Translations under genes and position numbers: made by a program
Virus record (IMG/VR): IMGVR_UViG_3300036779_000010
Span: 1-25,685 of that record
DNA length: 25,685 nucleotides
From: a virus
Lineage: Duplodnaviria > Caudoviricetes
Reading direction: 5' to 3' (one strand)
The notes under the pieces: model-generated
What the model saw: the letters and a program-made list of their open reading frames with translations, nothing else
What the model was told of the DNA's origin: nothing
The model's database searches: none
Part shown: one piece after another, positions 1 to 7,513 of the stretch
Position numbering within the stretch: the first letter of the stretch is position 1
Layout of the letters: every line of letters begins with the position of its first letter

Positions 1-29
1 AACTTCTGGCATACTGTACGGGCAGGCAT
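1..29 (-). CDS. IS4-family transposase, N-terminal 9 codons only (partial)
   Basis: ATG CCT GCC CGT ACA GTA TGC CAG AAG running off the window; lies just inside the IRL. Confidence 0.75.
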
Positions 30-122
30 AGAGTTGCTCTCACTGAATTGGTCGCACAATCAGTAGATCATAAATCTCTATGCCTGTCTTTTTTTACTCG
101 CCCATTACTGGGGATTCCTCAG
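1..122 (-). mobile_element. IS4-family (IS10 group) insertion sequence, left end (IRL) and start of transposase; truncated by window edge
   Basis: Minus strand begins CTGAGGAATCCCCAG, like IS10 ends (CTGATGAATCCCC / CTGAGAGATCCCC). It has a pIN-like -10 TATGAT overlapping a Dam GATC (66-72), then ATG at 29 reading MPARTVCQK, typical of enterobacterial IS10-group transposase N-termini. Confidence 0.85.
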
Positions 123-158
123 CGCACAAGCGGGATTCTTTAAGTGGGGGTGTATAGG

Positions 159-869
159 TTAGTTGGTTTCATCGAGGTCGGTGTATCTGGTCGCTTTTAC
201 GATCGCTGATACAAAGTGGATTTTATCTATGTCCCAGGGAGCGAGGGTGATTGGCCGGTGGTCATTGTTTACACTAGAAAGTTGGTAGTCGCCATCTCTA
301 GTTTTATTGAATATTTTTATCATGTTATGTCCATCCTTTGTTCTAACAAATACTTCGTCACCAGGATGGACTGATGTGTTTGGTTCAATAACTACAAATT
401 CTCCTGATTGGATACGTGGCCACATGCTATCCCCTTTTACCTTTAGGCCGTAGGCATCCTTATCACCACTATAAATTTGTAACCAGCCAGATCGGAACTC
501 GATCATATCTACCGCACCATCCACTCCCAGTACCGCCTCCCCAACAACGGGGACTAGTCCTTCCTTCATCTTTCCAATGTATTCAACATCGAGGTTACCA
601 AGAGAACTAGCCATCTCTGCAATTTCGCCTGCGATCTTTGGACTGATATCCTCGACAGGAACACCAAACATTTTAGCCAAGGTGGCGGCATTGGTGTGGT
701 TTAACGCATTTACTCCATTCAATAGCATGGCCACAGCGCTTTGGCTAACACCCAATGTCTCCGCAAGTGATTGTTGGGATAGGTTAAGTTCTTTTTTCTT
801 GCTGTTATAAAGAGCTTTTAGCCTGCCAGCATCAGCAACTTGCTCATCTGTAAGAGACTTCTTTTTCAT
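159..869 (-). CDS. cI: Lambda-like CI repressor (HTH plus S24 autopeptidase), 236 aa
   Basis: N-terminus KKKSLTDEQVADAGRLKALYNSKKKELNLSQQSLAETLGVSQSAVAMLLNGVNALN closely follows lambda CI. S24 Ser (KVKGDSMWP) and Lys (MIK) motifs are present. Start at 869 is preferred over 905 because of SD GGGGGA and because 905 lies within OR3. Confidence 0.96.
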   Translation of the reverse strand: MKKKSLTDEQVADAGRLKALYNSKKKELNLSQQSLAETLGVSQSAVAMLLNGVNALNHTNAATLAKMFGVPVEDISPKIAGEIAEMASSLGNLDVEYIGKMKEGLVPVVGEAVLGVDGAVDMIEFRSGWLQIYSGDKDAYGLKVKGDSMWPRIQSGEFVVIEPNTSVHPGDEVFVRTKDGHNMIKIFNKTRDGDYQLSSVNNDHRPITLAPWDIDKIHFVSAIVKATRYTDLDETN

Positions 870-895
870 GGTATCCCCCGAGAATAATTGAGTTG

Positions 896-965
896 AATTT
901 ATCACCGCAAGGAATAAATATCAATAACCGCAGGTGTTGAGTTTTTGATGATTGGCGGTTATATT
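896..965. promoter_or_regulatory. Right operator OR3/OR2/OR1 with divergent PRM and PR
   Basis: 17-bp sites TATCACCGCAAGGAATA (900-916), AATAACCGCAGGTGTTG (923-939) and GATGATTGGCGGTTATA (947-963), with lambda-like 6- and 7-bp spacers. PR is TTGAGT(937-942)-17-TATATT(960-965). PRM (minus) is TTGATA(924-919)-17-TAAATT(901-896). Confidence 0.92.
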
Positions 966-984
966 TGTATCAGGAGGATTACCC

Positions 985-1191
985 ATGCAAAAAATTTCCC
1001 TTAAAGATTTTGCCGGTGATGTGGGCCAGGAAAAAGCGGCCACATCACTCGGTGTCAGGCAAAGCGCAATTAGTAAGGCCCTACGTGCTGGAAGAGATAT
1101 TTTTGTGATTATCCATCCAGACGGCCGTTTAGAAGCCAAAGAGCTAAAAACCTTCCCAAGCCAGCAAAAGGTTGAGTCTCGTGCAGATTAA
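985..1191 (+). CDS. cro: Cro repressor, 68 aa
   Basis: MQKISLKDFAGDVGQEKAATSLGVRQSAISKALRAGRDIFV...KTFPSQ aligns by eye with lambda Cro; SD AGGAGG at 972-977. Confidence 0.95.
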   Translation: MQKISLKDFAGDVGQEKAATSLGVRQSAISKALRAGRDIFVIIHPDGRLEAKELKTFPSQQKVESRAD

Positions 1192-1242
1192 CCCCGCCAA
1201 AACTATCATGCCGGCAGTTTACTGCCATGCGGAGAGATCGCA

Positions 1243-1398
1243 ATGACCAAAACTGAACGCGAAACTGCGCACACCCTGCGTAATGCTCTCATCGATGCAC
1301 AGAAGTATCTGGATTCAGGCCGTGTGGGCGAGGGTGTCGATTGGGTTCGCATTGCTGCAAGGCTGGCGGACAAGCTGGCCAGACAATCGAATGTATGA
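1243..1398 (+). CDS. Small hypothetical protein, 51 aa (not in ORF track)
   Basis: MTKTERETAHTLRNALIDAQKYLDSGRVGEGVDWVRIAARLADKLARQSNV; SD GGAGAG at 1231-1236; its stop overlaps the next ATG (ATGA). Confidence 0.7.
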   Translation: MTKTERETAHTLRNALIDAQKYLDSGRVGEGVDWVRIAARLADKLARQSNV

Positions 1399-1577
1399 GT
1401 TGTGATCCAGTCGTCCAACTCGACCGCCACTATCGCGATAAACGCGGTGTAGTGGTGCACGTCATTGGTTATGACCGATTAAAGCAGGAAGTAACGTTTA
1501 TGCGCCCTGGGTATGAGCATGAATGCATGCTGCCTCTGTGGCAGGTAGAGAAACATTTTACGAGGGTTGATGTATGA
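1395..1577 (+). CDS. DUF4222-like small phage protein, 60 aa
   Basis: LDRHYRDKRGVVVHVIGYD...FMRPGYEHEC pattern is typical of the small gene preceding lambdoid replication initiators; ATGA overlaps at both ends. Confidence 0.75.
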   Translation: MSCDPVVQLDRHYRDKRGVVVHVIGYDRLKQEVTFMRPGYEHECMLPLWQVEKHFTRVDV

Positions 1578-2446
1578 GCCAGCTGTTGCAGCTAATGGAT
1601 CGGCCTGTTGCTTTTCAACGTTCCTTTGTCCGTCTGGGTGTCGGTGTTACCGGTGCGCTTCTGCTGTCGCAGATGGTGTATTGGCACAACCGCACTGACG
1701 GTAATTGGTTCTACAAAACGCAGGCAGAGTTGGAAGAGGAAACAGGGTTAACTCGCTATGAGCAAGAGGGAGCCCGCAAGAAATTATTGATCGCTGGAGT
1801 GCTTGAGGAAGTGAAAAAAGGCATCCCGGCCAAGCTGTATTTCCGTGTGAACGAATCAGCTTTGCAGGCTCTCCTTTGGCCTGAAATTCAAGCGCAACCA
1901 AGTAAGCGCATTTCCTGCAAGCAAGGATGCGGAATTTCCGCATCCAGTGATGTGGAAAACCAGCAGACAGGTATGGGGGTTTGTCCCGAGCCGGTATGTG
2001 GAAATCCCGCATCCATTCATACAGTAGATTACACAGAGACTACTACAGAGAATAAAACCCTTGGTGTCCAGGCTGAAGCCAGCACACCGACACGCTCTGC
2101 TAAGCGGGAATATTCACCTGAGTTTGAAACTGCCTGGCAGTCCTACCCAAAACGCGCTGGTGGCAATCCGAAACCATCGGCCTACAAAGCATGGAATGCC
2201 CGTCTGCACGAAGGGGTTACCCATGAAACCCTGCTGGCAGGTGTGAAACGCTACGCTGCGTTTGTGGTGGCTACCGGCAAACTGGGGTCTGAGTACGTCA
2301 AGCAGACCGCCACGTTCTTCGGCCCCGACCGTCACTTCGAAGAAACCTGGCAAGCGCCAGCCGTGTCTGGCGGTGCACGGCATACCCAGCCACCGGTGTC
2401 GGGATTTGAGGGGCAGAACTACGGTGAGTCTGGATGCAACTGGTGA
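1574..2446 (+). CDS. Phage replication initiator (O-analogue; N-terminal wHTH, C-terminal conserved phage replication domain)
   Basis: N-terminal wHTH-like region (WFYKTQAELEEETGLTRYEQ), internal iteron array, C-terminal FETAWQSYPKRAGGNPK...YVKQTATFFGPDRHF; lies upstream of the helicase loader. Confidence 0.88.
   Translation: MSQLLQLMDRPVAFQRSFVRLGVGVTGALLLSQMVYWHNRTDGNWFYKTQAELEEETGLTRYEQEGARKKLLIAGVLEEVKKGIPAKLYFRVNESALQALLWPEIQAQPSKRISCKQGCGISASSDVENQQTGMGVCPEPVCGNPASIHTVDYTETTTENKTLGVQAEASTPTRSAKREYSPEFETAWQSYPKRAGGNPKPSAYKAWNARLHEGVTHETLLAGVKRYAAFVVATGKLGSEYVKQTATFFGPDRHFEETWQAPAVSGGARHTQPPVSGFEGQNYGESGCNW
1904..2057 (+). repeat. Putative replication origin: 4-5 iterons with exact 23-bp period followed by an A-rich ACAGAGA tract
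   Basis: Units start at 1927 (ATGCGGAATTTCCGCATCC), 1950 (ATGTGGAAAACCAGCAGAC), 1973 (ATGGGGGTTTGTCCCGAGCC) and 1996 (ATGTGGAAATCCCGCATCC), with a degenerate unit at 1904. Located inside the initiator gene, as for ori-lambda. Confidence 0.75.
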
Positions 2447-2458
2447 TACGAGGTGACT

Positions 2459-3337
2459 ATGTTTAATTTTGCACAAAACAAAAATCGGCTGGAACTGAAG
2501 CGTCGCAGTCAAGAGCTGGCGGACGAACTGGACTTTGCTCTGGACGGTCAGACCCCGCCACACTATGCGAACTGGGAAAAGCAGACTCAGACGCTGACGT
2601 GTGAAACGCACGGCCAATACCAGCAAATCACGCTGACCGGTCCAGAGTACCGGGGAAGGCCGGGGCGTAAAATTTCCCAGTGCCCGGAATGCCTACGGGC
2701 GGAACAGCGCGATGTTGAATCGGCATTGCGGCAGCTCAGCGTTGAGAGCCTGCTCGATGACGCCGGTATTGCACCACGTTTCCAGCACTGCGAGTTTGCC
2801 AACTATCGGCCAGTTAACGCTATTGCCGCAAAGAATCTGGCCAATTGCGAACGTTATGCCCAGAACTGGGAAGCCATCCTCGCTGCTGGGACTGGTCTGG
2901 TGATGACCGGCAGTTGCGGTACCGGCAAAAACCACCTGGCGGTATCGATGACAAAGCAGATCATCCGCGACCACCTGGCTGACGTAGAAGTTACGGATGT
3001 GATGCGCCTGACTCGCGAAGTGAAAAGCACCTGGCGGAATGGGTCTGAGCGCACGGAAACCGAGGTTTTGAACCACTACGCCACGCTGGATCTGCTCATT
3101 ATCGATGAAGTCGGCGTTCAGTTCGGTACACCGGCAGAGCTGGCCATCCTGCAGGAGATCGTCAACGCCCGGTATGAAAATATCCTGCCGACCATCTTGA
3201 TCAGCAATCTGACGTTTGACCAGTTGAAGGCGTTTGTCGGTGACCGCATTGTCGATCGCGTCACTGACGGCGGCAGCAATCGTCTGGTGTTCGACTGGCC
3301 GAGCTACCGAAGCAACAAGGGCGGTACCGCAGCATGA
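2459..3337 (+). CDS. dnaC: DnaC/IstB-like AAA+ helicase loader
   Basis: Zn-binding CETHG...CPEC, Walker A GSCGTGKNH, Walker B LLIIDEVG, PTILISNL and RIVDR motifs. ATG 2459 follows GAGG; GTG 2453 is an alternative start. Confidence 0.92.
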   Translation: MFNFAQNKNRLELKRRSQELADELDFALDGQTPPHYANWEKQTQTLTCETHGQYQQITLTGPEYRGRPGRKISQCPECLRAEQRDVESALRQLSVESLLDDAGIAPRFQHCEFANYRPVNAIAAKNLANCERYAQNWEAILAAGTGLVMTGSCGTGKNHLAVSMTKQIIRDHLADVEVTDVMRLTREVKSTWRNGSERTETEVLNHYATLDLLIIDEVGVQFGTPAELAILQEIVNARYENILPTILISNLTFDQLKAFVGDRIVDRVTDGGSNRLVFDWPSYRSNKGGTAA

Positions 3338-4686
3338 CCCACGAAGAAGCGGAAAGCGCTGTTATTGGCGGCCTGCTGCTGGATGAGGCTGGACCTCTCA
3401 CTTTCGATGTGTTGGCAACGCTGGCGCCGGAGGCATTTTTCACTCGTCAATATCGTGAGATGTATCAGGTCATCAAACAGTTGGCTGTGTCCGGCGGCAC
3501 AGTTACGCCGTTCGTCGTGGCTGACAAGCTGGGGGCCGGATACGAAGCTATTGCAGTGACAGTATCAAGCCAGGCGTGGGCGCGTGCAGGGCTGAAATCC
3601 TATGCGGAAATGGTAGGCCGCAATCACTTTGTTCGTCAGGCTGAAAACCTCATAGCTGGCACACTGGAAGGGATAAAAGCCGCACGCTCTGGTGATGACG
3701 CCATTGGCGCGATCCAGCAACTGCAGGGGAGCATTCAACAGCTGAGTATCGGCGACAGCGTCCGGGTTGCAGTGCACATCAACGACCTCTTGGCCGGCGT
3801 CACCGATCGTATGGACGCCCGGATGACCGGTACCGAAGAAGGGCGAAATATCCTGACAGGTATCGAAGAGTTGGACAAAATTACCAACGGTTTCGAGCCG
3901 ACCAATCTGGTCTTGTTGGCCGCTCGTCCCTCAGTGGGGAAAACCGAATTCGCCTTAAACCTCATCGAGAAAATAACTGACCAGGGGGGCGGGGTGCTGA
4001 TGTTCAGCATGGAAATGTCTGCCATTCAGATTGCTGAGCGGCAGATTGCCGGAGCTGGTGGGTTCTCAACGAGCAAACTGAAACACCCGCAAGAACTGGA
4101 TGACGAGGACTGGGCACGAATTTCGGACGGACTTGGGCGAATGACCGATCGTCCTATCTGGATTATCGACGCCAACAATCTGACGGTAGAGCAAATCTGC
4201 CAAGACGCTGAGCGCATGAAGTCAGAGCACCCAGAGTTGGCAGCTGTGTTTGTGGATTATCTTGGATTAATCAAGGTCAACGAACGGCAGCGGCATGATC
4301 TCGCTGTTGGTGAGGTATCCCGAAGCCTCAAGCGGCTGGCTATGCGTAACAAAACCCCCGTGGTGGCGCTGAGCCAGCTTTCCCGAGCTGTTGAGCAGCG
4401 CCCCAACAAGCGCCCGGTCAACGCTGACCTGAAAGACTCAGGCAGCATTGAGGCGGACGCCGACCTGATCATGATGCTTTACCGTGACGAACTTTATAAC
4501 GAGAACAGCCCAGCCAAAGGGATTGCCGAGGTCAATGTCACCAAAAACCGTCATGGTCCGCTGGGAACGGTTTACCGCCAGTTCCGCTATGGCCACTTTT
4601 TACCGGTTGACCAGATCGAGGCAGAGCGGCTCAGCAAACAGCAGCCAGCGCAGAAAGAGCGGCGCTACAGCAGGGGGAAAGCATAG
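3334..4686 (+). CDS. dnaB: Phage-encoded replicative DNA helicase (DnaB family)
   Basis: AARPSVGKT, FSMEM, VDYLGL, LSQLSR, DLKDSGSIEADAD and KNRHGP motifs. Confidence 0.96.
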   Translation: MTHEEAESAVIGGLLLDEAGPLTFDVLATLAPEAFFTRQYREMYQVIKQLAVSGGTVTPFVVADKLGAGYEAIAVTVSSQAWARAGLKSYAEMVGRNHFVRQAENLIAGTLEGIKAARSGDDAIGAIQQLQGSIQQLSIGDSVRVAVHINDLLAGVTDRMDARMTGTEEGRNILTGIEELDKITNGFEPTNLVLLAARPSVGKTEFALNLIEKITDQGGGVLMFSMEMSAIQIAERQIAGAGGFSTSKLKHPQELDDEDWARISDGLGRMTDRPIWIIDANNLTVEQICQDAERMKSEHPELAAVFVDYLGLIKVNERQRHDLAVGEVSRSLKRLAMRNKTPVVALSQLSRAVEQRPNKRPVNADLKDSGSIEADADLIMMLYRDELYNENSPAKGIAEVNVTKNRHGPLGTVYRQFRYGHFLPVDQIEAERLSKQQPAQKERRYSRGKA

Positions 4687-4874
4687 TGAAACTAACCCGC
4701 GAAGACGAACACACCATCGTCCAATACATCCGTTCGGCACATGGCGGGTATACGGGACCGGTGATGTTACTTATGCCTCGGCTGGTGGAGCTGCACATGG
4801 CATACAGCAAGATGGTAGTCAGAATGGCGCTGGTAGCGGCACGGTACGAATCCAAGAGGGCAGATAATGCGTGA
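4686..4874 (+). CDS. Hypothetical protein, 62 aa
   Basis: Fills the dnaB-Q gap exactly with overlapping start/stop codons; no motif recognised. Confidence 0.6.
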   Translation: MKLTREDEHTIVQYIRSAHGGYTGPVMLLMPRLVELHMAYSKMVVRMALVAARYESKRADNA

Positions 4875-5298
4875 CATTCAGATGATATTAGAGCGGTACG
4901 GCGCATGGGCCGCCAATGAAGGGGCCGGGGTGGGATATTCGCCGATCGCTGGTGGCTTCAAAGGTCTGTTGCCACCCTCGGGCAAGTCTCGGCCATCGTG
5001 TTGCGACGACGATGGGCTAATCATTAATTCGGCGGTAGCGTGTTTGAAGAAAAAAGACCCATACCTGAGCATGTTGTTGGAGTGGAATTATATCCACCGC
5101 ATACCGGTGCGTAATATGGGTACCAAGCTGGGCATTTCTCACACGCTGGTATTGAAGCGGCTACAGGCGGCAGAGGGATTTATTGATGGCTGTCTCGCGA
5201 TGTTGAATGTGCCGCTTGAGATGGACCGGTATTGCCAGAAAGAGAACATTTATCCGCCCGCGATAAAAAAGCTTGTGGAATTCCAAAAGGCTGGTTAA
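4867..5298 (+). CDS. Q: Late antitermination protein Q
   Basis: MRDIQMILERYGAWAA...YSPIAGGFKGLLP...SRPSCCDDDGLII...LQAAEGFIDGCL is the characteristic enterobacterial phage Q signature; followed by a promoter and terminator. Confidence 0.93.
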   Translation: MRDIQMILERYGAWAANEGAGVGYSPIAGGFKGLLPPSGKSRPSCCDDDGLIINSAVACLKKKDPYLSMLLEWNYIHRIPVRNMGTKLGISHTLVLKRLQAAEGFIDGCLAMLNVPLEMDRYCQKENIYPPAIKKLVEFQKAG

Positions 5299-5301
5299 TC
5301 T
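5273..5301 (+). promoter_or_regulatory. Late promoter pR' (putative)
   Basis: TTGTGG-17-TAATCT at the end of Q, about 40 nt upstream of a strong terminator. Confidence 0.6.
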
Positions 5302-5338
5302 GCTAAGAGTGGTTACTTCGACACACCGCTTATCATCG

Positions 5339-5366
5339 AAACCCTGCCAGCAATGGCGGGGTTTTT
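5339..5366 (+). terminator. tR'-like intrinsic terminator
   Basis: ACCCTGCCA-GCAA-TGGCGGGGT followed by TTTT. Confidence 0.85.
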
Positions 5367-5385
5367 GTCGTTCTGGAGCCCAGAA

Positions 5386-5664
5386 ATGTCAAAGCACGTT
5401 ACCGAAAGTCTCGTTTTCCGTCCCGCCAGTGAATTACCGACCGCGGACCTCAATGGCCGTGCAGTGCTGGTGTTCAACCCTTGTGATGGCTGGCATGATG
5501 GATTTGTCCGTGCTCGTGAAGAGGATGGCGAGATTTATCACGTTGGTATTTACCCTTGGATGGGTAGCGAGATGCTGCCGCATAATTTTTATATTACCTG
5601 GGCTCTGCTGCCTGATGCGGATAATCTGGCCGAGAAATTCGGATCAGAGAAGCGCTGCTGGTGA
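5386..5664 (+). CDS. Hypothetical protein, 92 aa
   Basis: SD GGAG 5375-5378; PASELP...ITWALLP framing is reminiscent of DUF551-like small phage domains (weak). Confidence 0.7.
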   Translation: MSKHVTESLVFRPASELPTADLNGRAVLVFNPCDGWHDGFVRAREEDGEIYHVGIYPWMGSEMLPHNFYITWALLPDADNLAEKFGSEKRCW

Positions 5665-5695
5665 TCCACTGGCGACAATTACCGGGGAGTAGAAA

Positions 5696-5998
5696 ATGGT
5701 CATCAATACTGCCGTTTTTCACCCCAACGGCTTTTTCTTGTGCGCGCCGACCCAAGAGGACTTTTGGGTTCTGCTGAGCGATGTCGTTGGTTGGGGGCGA
5801 TTTACCATGATCCGCCCCGATGACGAGTTCAGTGCTACTGGAGGGCTTTTTCAATTAGTGGAAGTGCTGCCGGTAAGTTCACAACGCCCTTCGTCAGTAG
5901 TTGAAGGGTCAAATGTTTTATGGCGTCTGCCGGAAGCTCGCGAAGTTTTGAAATCAGCCCGGATTTTTTCTCCTCAGGAAGATTTGCAACCCGAATGA
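5696..5998 (+). CDS. Hypothetical protein, 100 aa (3' half overlaps convergent gene)
   Basis: Good SD (GGGGAG) before ATG, but 164 nt antisense overlap with the 5835-6329 gene and an internal terminator-like hairpin (5711-5736). Confidence 0.45.
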   Translation: MVINTAVFHPNGFFLCAPTQEDFWVLLSDVVGWGRFTMIRPDDEFSATGGLFQLVEVLPVSSQRPSSVVEGSNVLWRLPEAREVLKSARIFSPQEDLQPE

Positions 5999-6329
5999 TA
6001 TCTTCGAGCGCTACGATCGTGCTGTCGTGGAATTTCACCGTCTGAACGTTGAGAATCGAACCGAGACCACCATCGCCGCGAATGAAGTCGATGCCTCGGT
6101 GCGTAATGGTTGGACGGTTAACCAGAGCGTAGCCTTCCGATGATGGTTTGAGCCCGCTATTGATTAGCTGGTGCTGGTGGAGATAAAGCAAATTCGCCAC
6201 GAAGGTATCGCCATCAGGGTAATGATTTTCCAGCTCCTTCATTTGGGAACCAGTCAATTCGTTTGGGTAGGCATCATAAAGCAGCTGTAGCGTTTCACGC
6301 TGCGCATTTCTATCAAACTTATCCACCAT
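5835..6329 (-). CDS. Moron-like hypothetical protein with predicted N-terminal winged helix, 164 aa
   Basis: Opposite strand to late operon; SD GGAG before ATG 6329; candidate extended -10 TGaTATCGT at 6374-6366; ANLLYLHQHQLI...TITHRGIDF is a wHTH-wing-like pattern. Confidence 0.85.
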   Translation of the reverse strand: MVDKFDRNAQRETLQLLYDAYPNELTGSQMKELENHYPDGDTFVANLLYLHQHQLINSGLKPSSEGYALVNRPTITHRGIDFIRGDGGLGSILNVQTVKFHDSTIVALEDIIRVANLPEEKKSGLISKLRELPADAIKHLTLQLLTKGVVNLPAALPLIEKALQ

Positions 6330-6415
6330 AAACTCCATTTCTGTAGGGTTGTTTGTCGCGATTCAACGATATCAGAGACGGGAATGCACAGCCAGATCGT
6401 ATCTGGCACCTATTC

Positions 6416-6443
6416 AGGGCTGCACTTCGGTGCGGCCTTTTTT
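6416..6443 (+). terminator. Intrinsic terminator
   Basis: GGGCTGCAC-TTCG-GTGCGGCC followed by TTTTTT. Confidence 0.85.
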
Positions 6444-6457
6444 ATTTGGAGTTCACG

Positions 6458-6676
6458 ATGAAATTTAACGATTTACACGAAGAGACAAAAGAGCGTGCCC
6501 GTGATGCGCTATGTGCAGTTATCGCCAGGGGCTCTGTTAACTCAGCACAGGCAAAAGCCGCTGGTGAATATGTAGCTGCTGCATTCATCGCTATGGAGCA
6601 ATTCGAAAGCGAGCCAAGCGATAAATCGATTATTGGTCATGACGGCCATGTGACTATCCATATCAATAACGCATAA
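6458..6676 (+). CDS. Hypothetical protein, 72 aa
   Basis: MKFNDLHEETKERARDAL...; SD GGAG at 6448-6451; bracketed by two terminators. The ORF-track start at 6353 runs through the terminator and is unlikely. Confidence 0.7.
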   Translation: MKFNDLHEETKERARDALCAVIARGSVNSAQAKAAGEYVAAAFIAMEQFESEPSDKSIIGHDGHVTIHINNA

Positions 6677-6697
6677 GGCTGCCATTGGCGGCTTTTT
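6677..6697 (+). terminator. Intrinsic terminator
   Basis: GGCTGCC-ATT-GGCGGCT followed by TTTTGTTTT. Confidence 0.7.
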
Positions 6698-6744
6698 GTT
6701 TTTATCACCCGTAGATCGGGCCAAGCCCCGGCGAGGGGGAGGTA

Positions 6745-7092
6745 ATGAAAATGCCAAATAGCCCCCATAGCTGGGCGGACATCAGTGAAATTCTCGCAGC
6801 CTGGTGGCGCGGCGACGTGCCGATCGGTGGTGTTGTGATGGCTATCGTGATGGCTGTCTTGCGAATGGCTTACTCCGGCAGCAGTTGGAAAGAAACCATT
6901 TTCGAAGGATTGATGTGCGGCGCCCTGGCACTGACGACTTATTCCGCCCTGGATTACTTTGATGTGCCGAAAGCACTAACAGTTGGCATCGGTGGCTTTA
7001 TCGGTTTCGTCGGCGTGAAGAAACTCAGCTCTTTCCTGTCTGGGTACGTTGGCAATCGCTTTGGTGGAGGCAATCAGGATGCGAACAAGTAA
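6745..7092 (+). CDS. Lambda-family class I holin with Met-Lys-Met dual start
   Basis: Three hydrophobic segments, GGFIGFVGV motif, basic C-terminus; SD GGAGGT; first gene of the lysis cassette. Confidence 0.92.
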   Translation: MKMPNSPHSWADISEILAAWWRGDVPIGGVVMAIVMAVLRMAYSGSSWKETIFEGLMCGALALTTYSALDYFDVPKALTVGIGGFIGFVGVKKLSSFLSGYVGNRFGGGNQDANK

Positions 7093-7513
7093 CAAGGGCC
7101 GTAACTTCATAAAGGGGTTCGAGTCCCTTGAGCTGGTGGCTTATCCAGACCCAGGCTCTGGTGGTAAGCCGTGGACGATTGGCTGGGGGCATACGAAGGG
7201 TGTGAAGCCAGGCGACAGAATCACACAAGAGCAAGCAGAGCAATTTCTCTCTGATGATCTGGCTGTGTTTGAGCTGACGGTAAACAGCGCTATTAAGCGC
7301 CCAATGACTCAGAACCAGTTCGACGCGATGGTATCTCTGGCGTTCAATATCGGCGGACCTGCTTTCGCTAGCTCGACGCTGGTGAAGAAGTTCAACGCTG
7401 GTGACATCCAGGGTTCAGCGGACGAATTCCCCAAATGGCGCAATTCGGCAGGTAAGGTTATGCCGGGTTTAGTGAAGCGCCGAGCGGCAGAACGAGAGAT
7501 GTTTTTGTCATGA
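7079..7513 (+). CDS. Endolysin, GH24 (T4-like) lysozyme, 144 aa
   Basis: FESLELVAYPD...WTIGWGHT, QNQFDAMVSLAFNIG, GLVKRRAAE; ATG 7079 after GGAGG. Confidence 0.95.
   Translation: MRTSNKGRNFIKGFESLELVAYPDPGSGGKPWTIGWGHTKGVKPGDRITQEQAEQFLSDDLAVFELTVNSAIKRPMTQNQFDAMVSLAFNIGGPAFASSTLVKKFNAGDIQGSADEFPKWRNSAGKVMPGLVKRRAAEREMFLS

Noticed and set aside
870-984. Longer ORF-track starts for cI (905) and cro (952)
   Set aside because: They fall within operators/promoters; SD-supported starts are 869 and 985.
1192-1230. Possible nutR (boxA/boxB) after cro
   Set aside because: A 5-bp hairpin exists (1213-1226) but there is no boxA match and the loop is not a purine-rich boxB loop.
1904-2018. CRISPR-like reading of the periodic palindromic repeats
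   Set aside because: No spacers, degenerate units, inside a replication gene: iterons.
6340-6415. Possible tRNA between Q and lysis genes
   Set aside because: Only a short hairpin GCCAGAT-CGT-ATCTGGC; no cloverleaf or T-loop GTTCRA.
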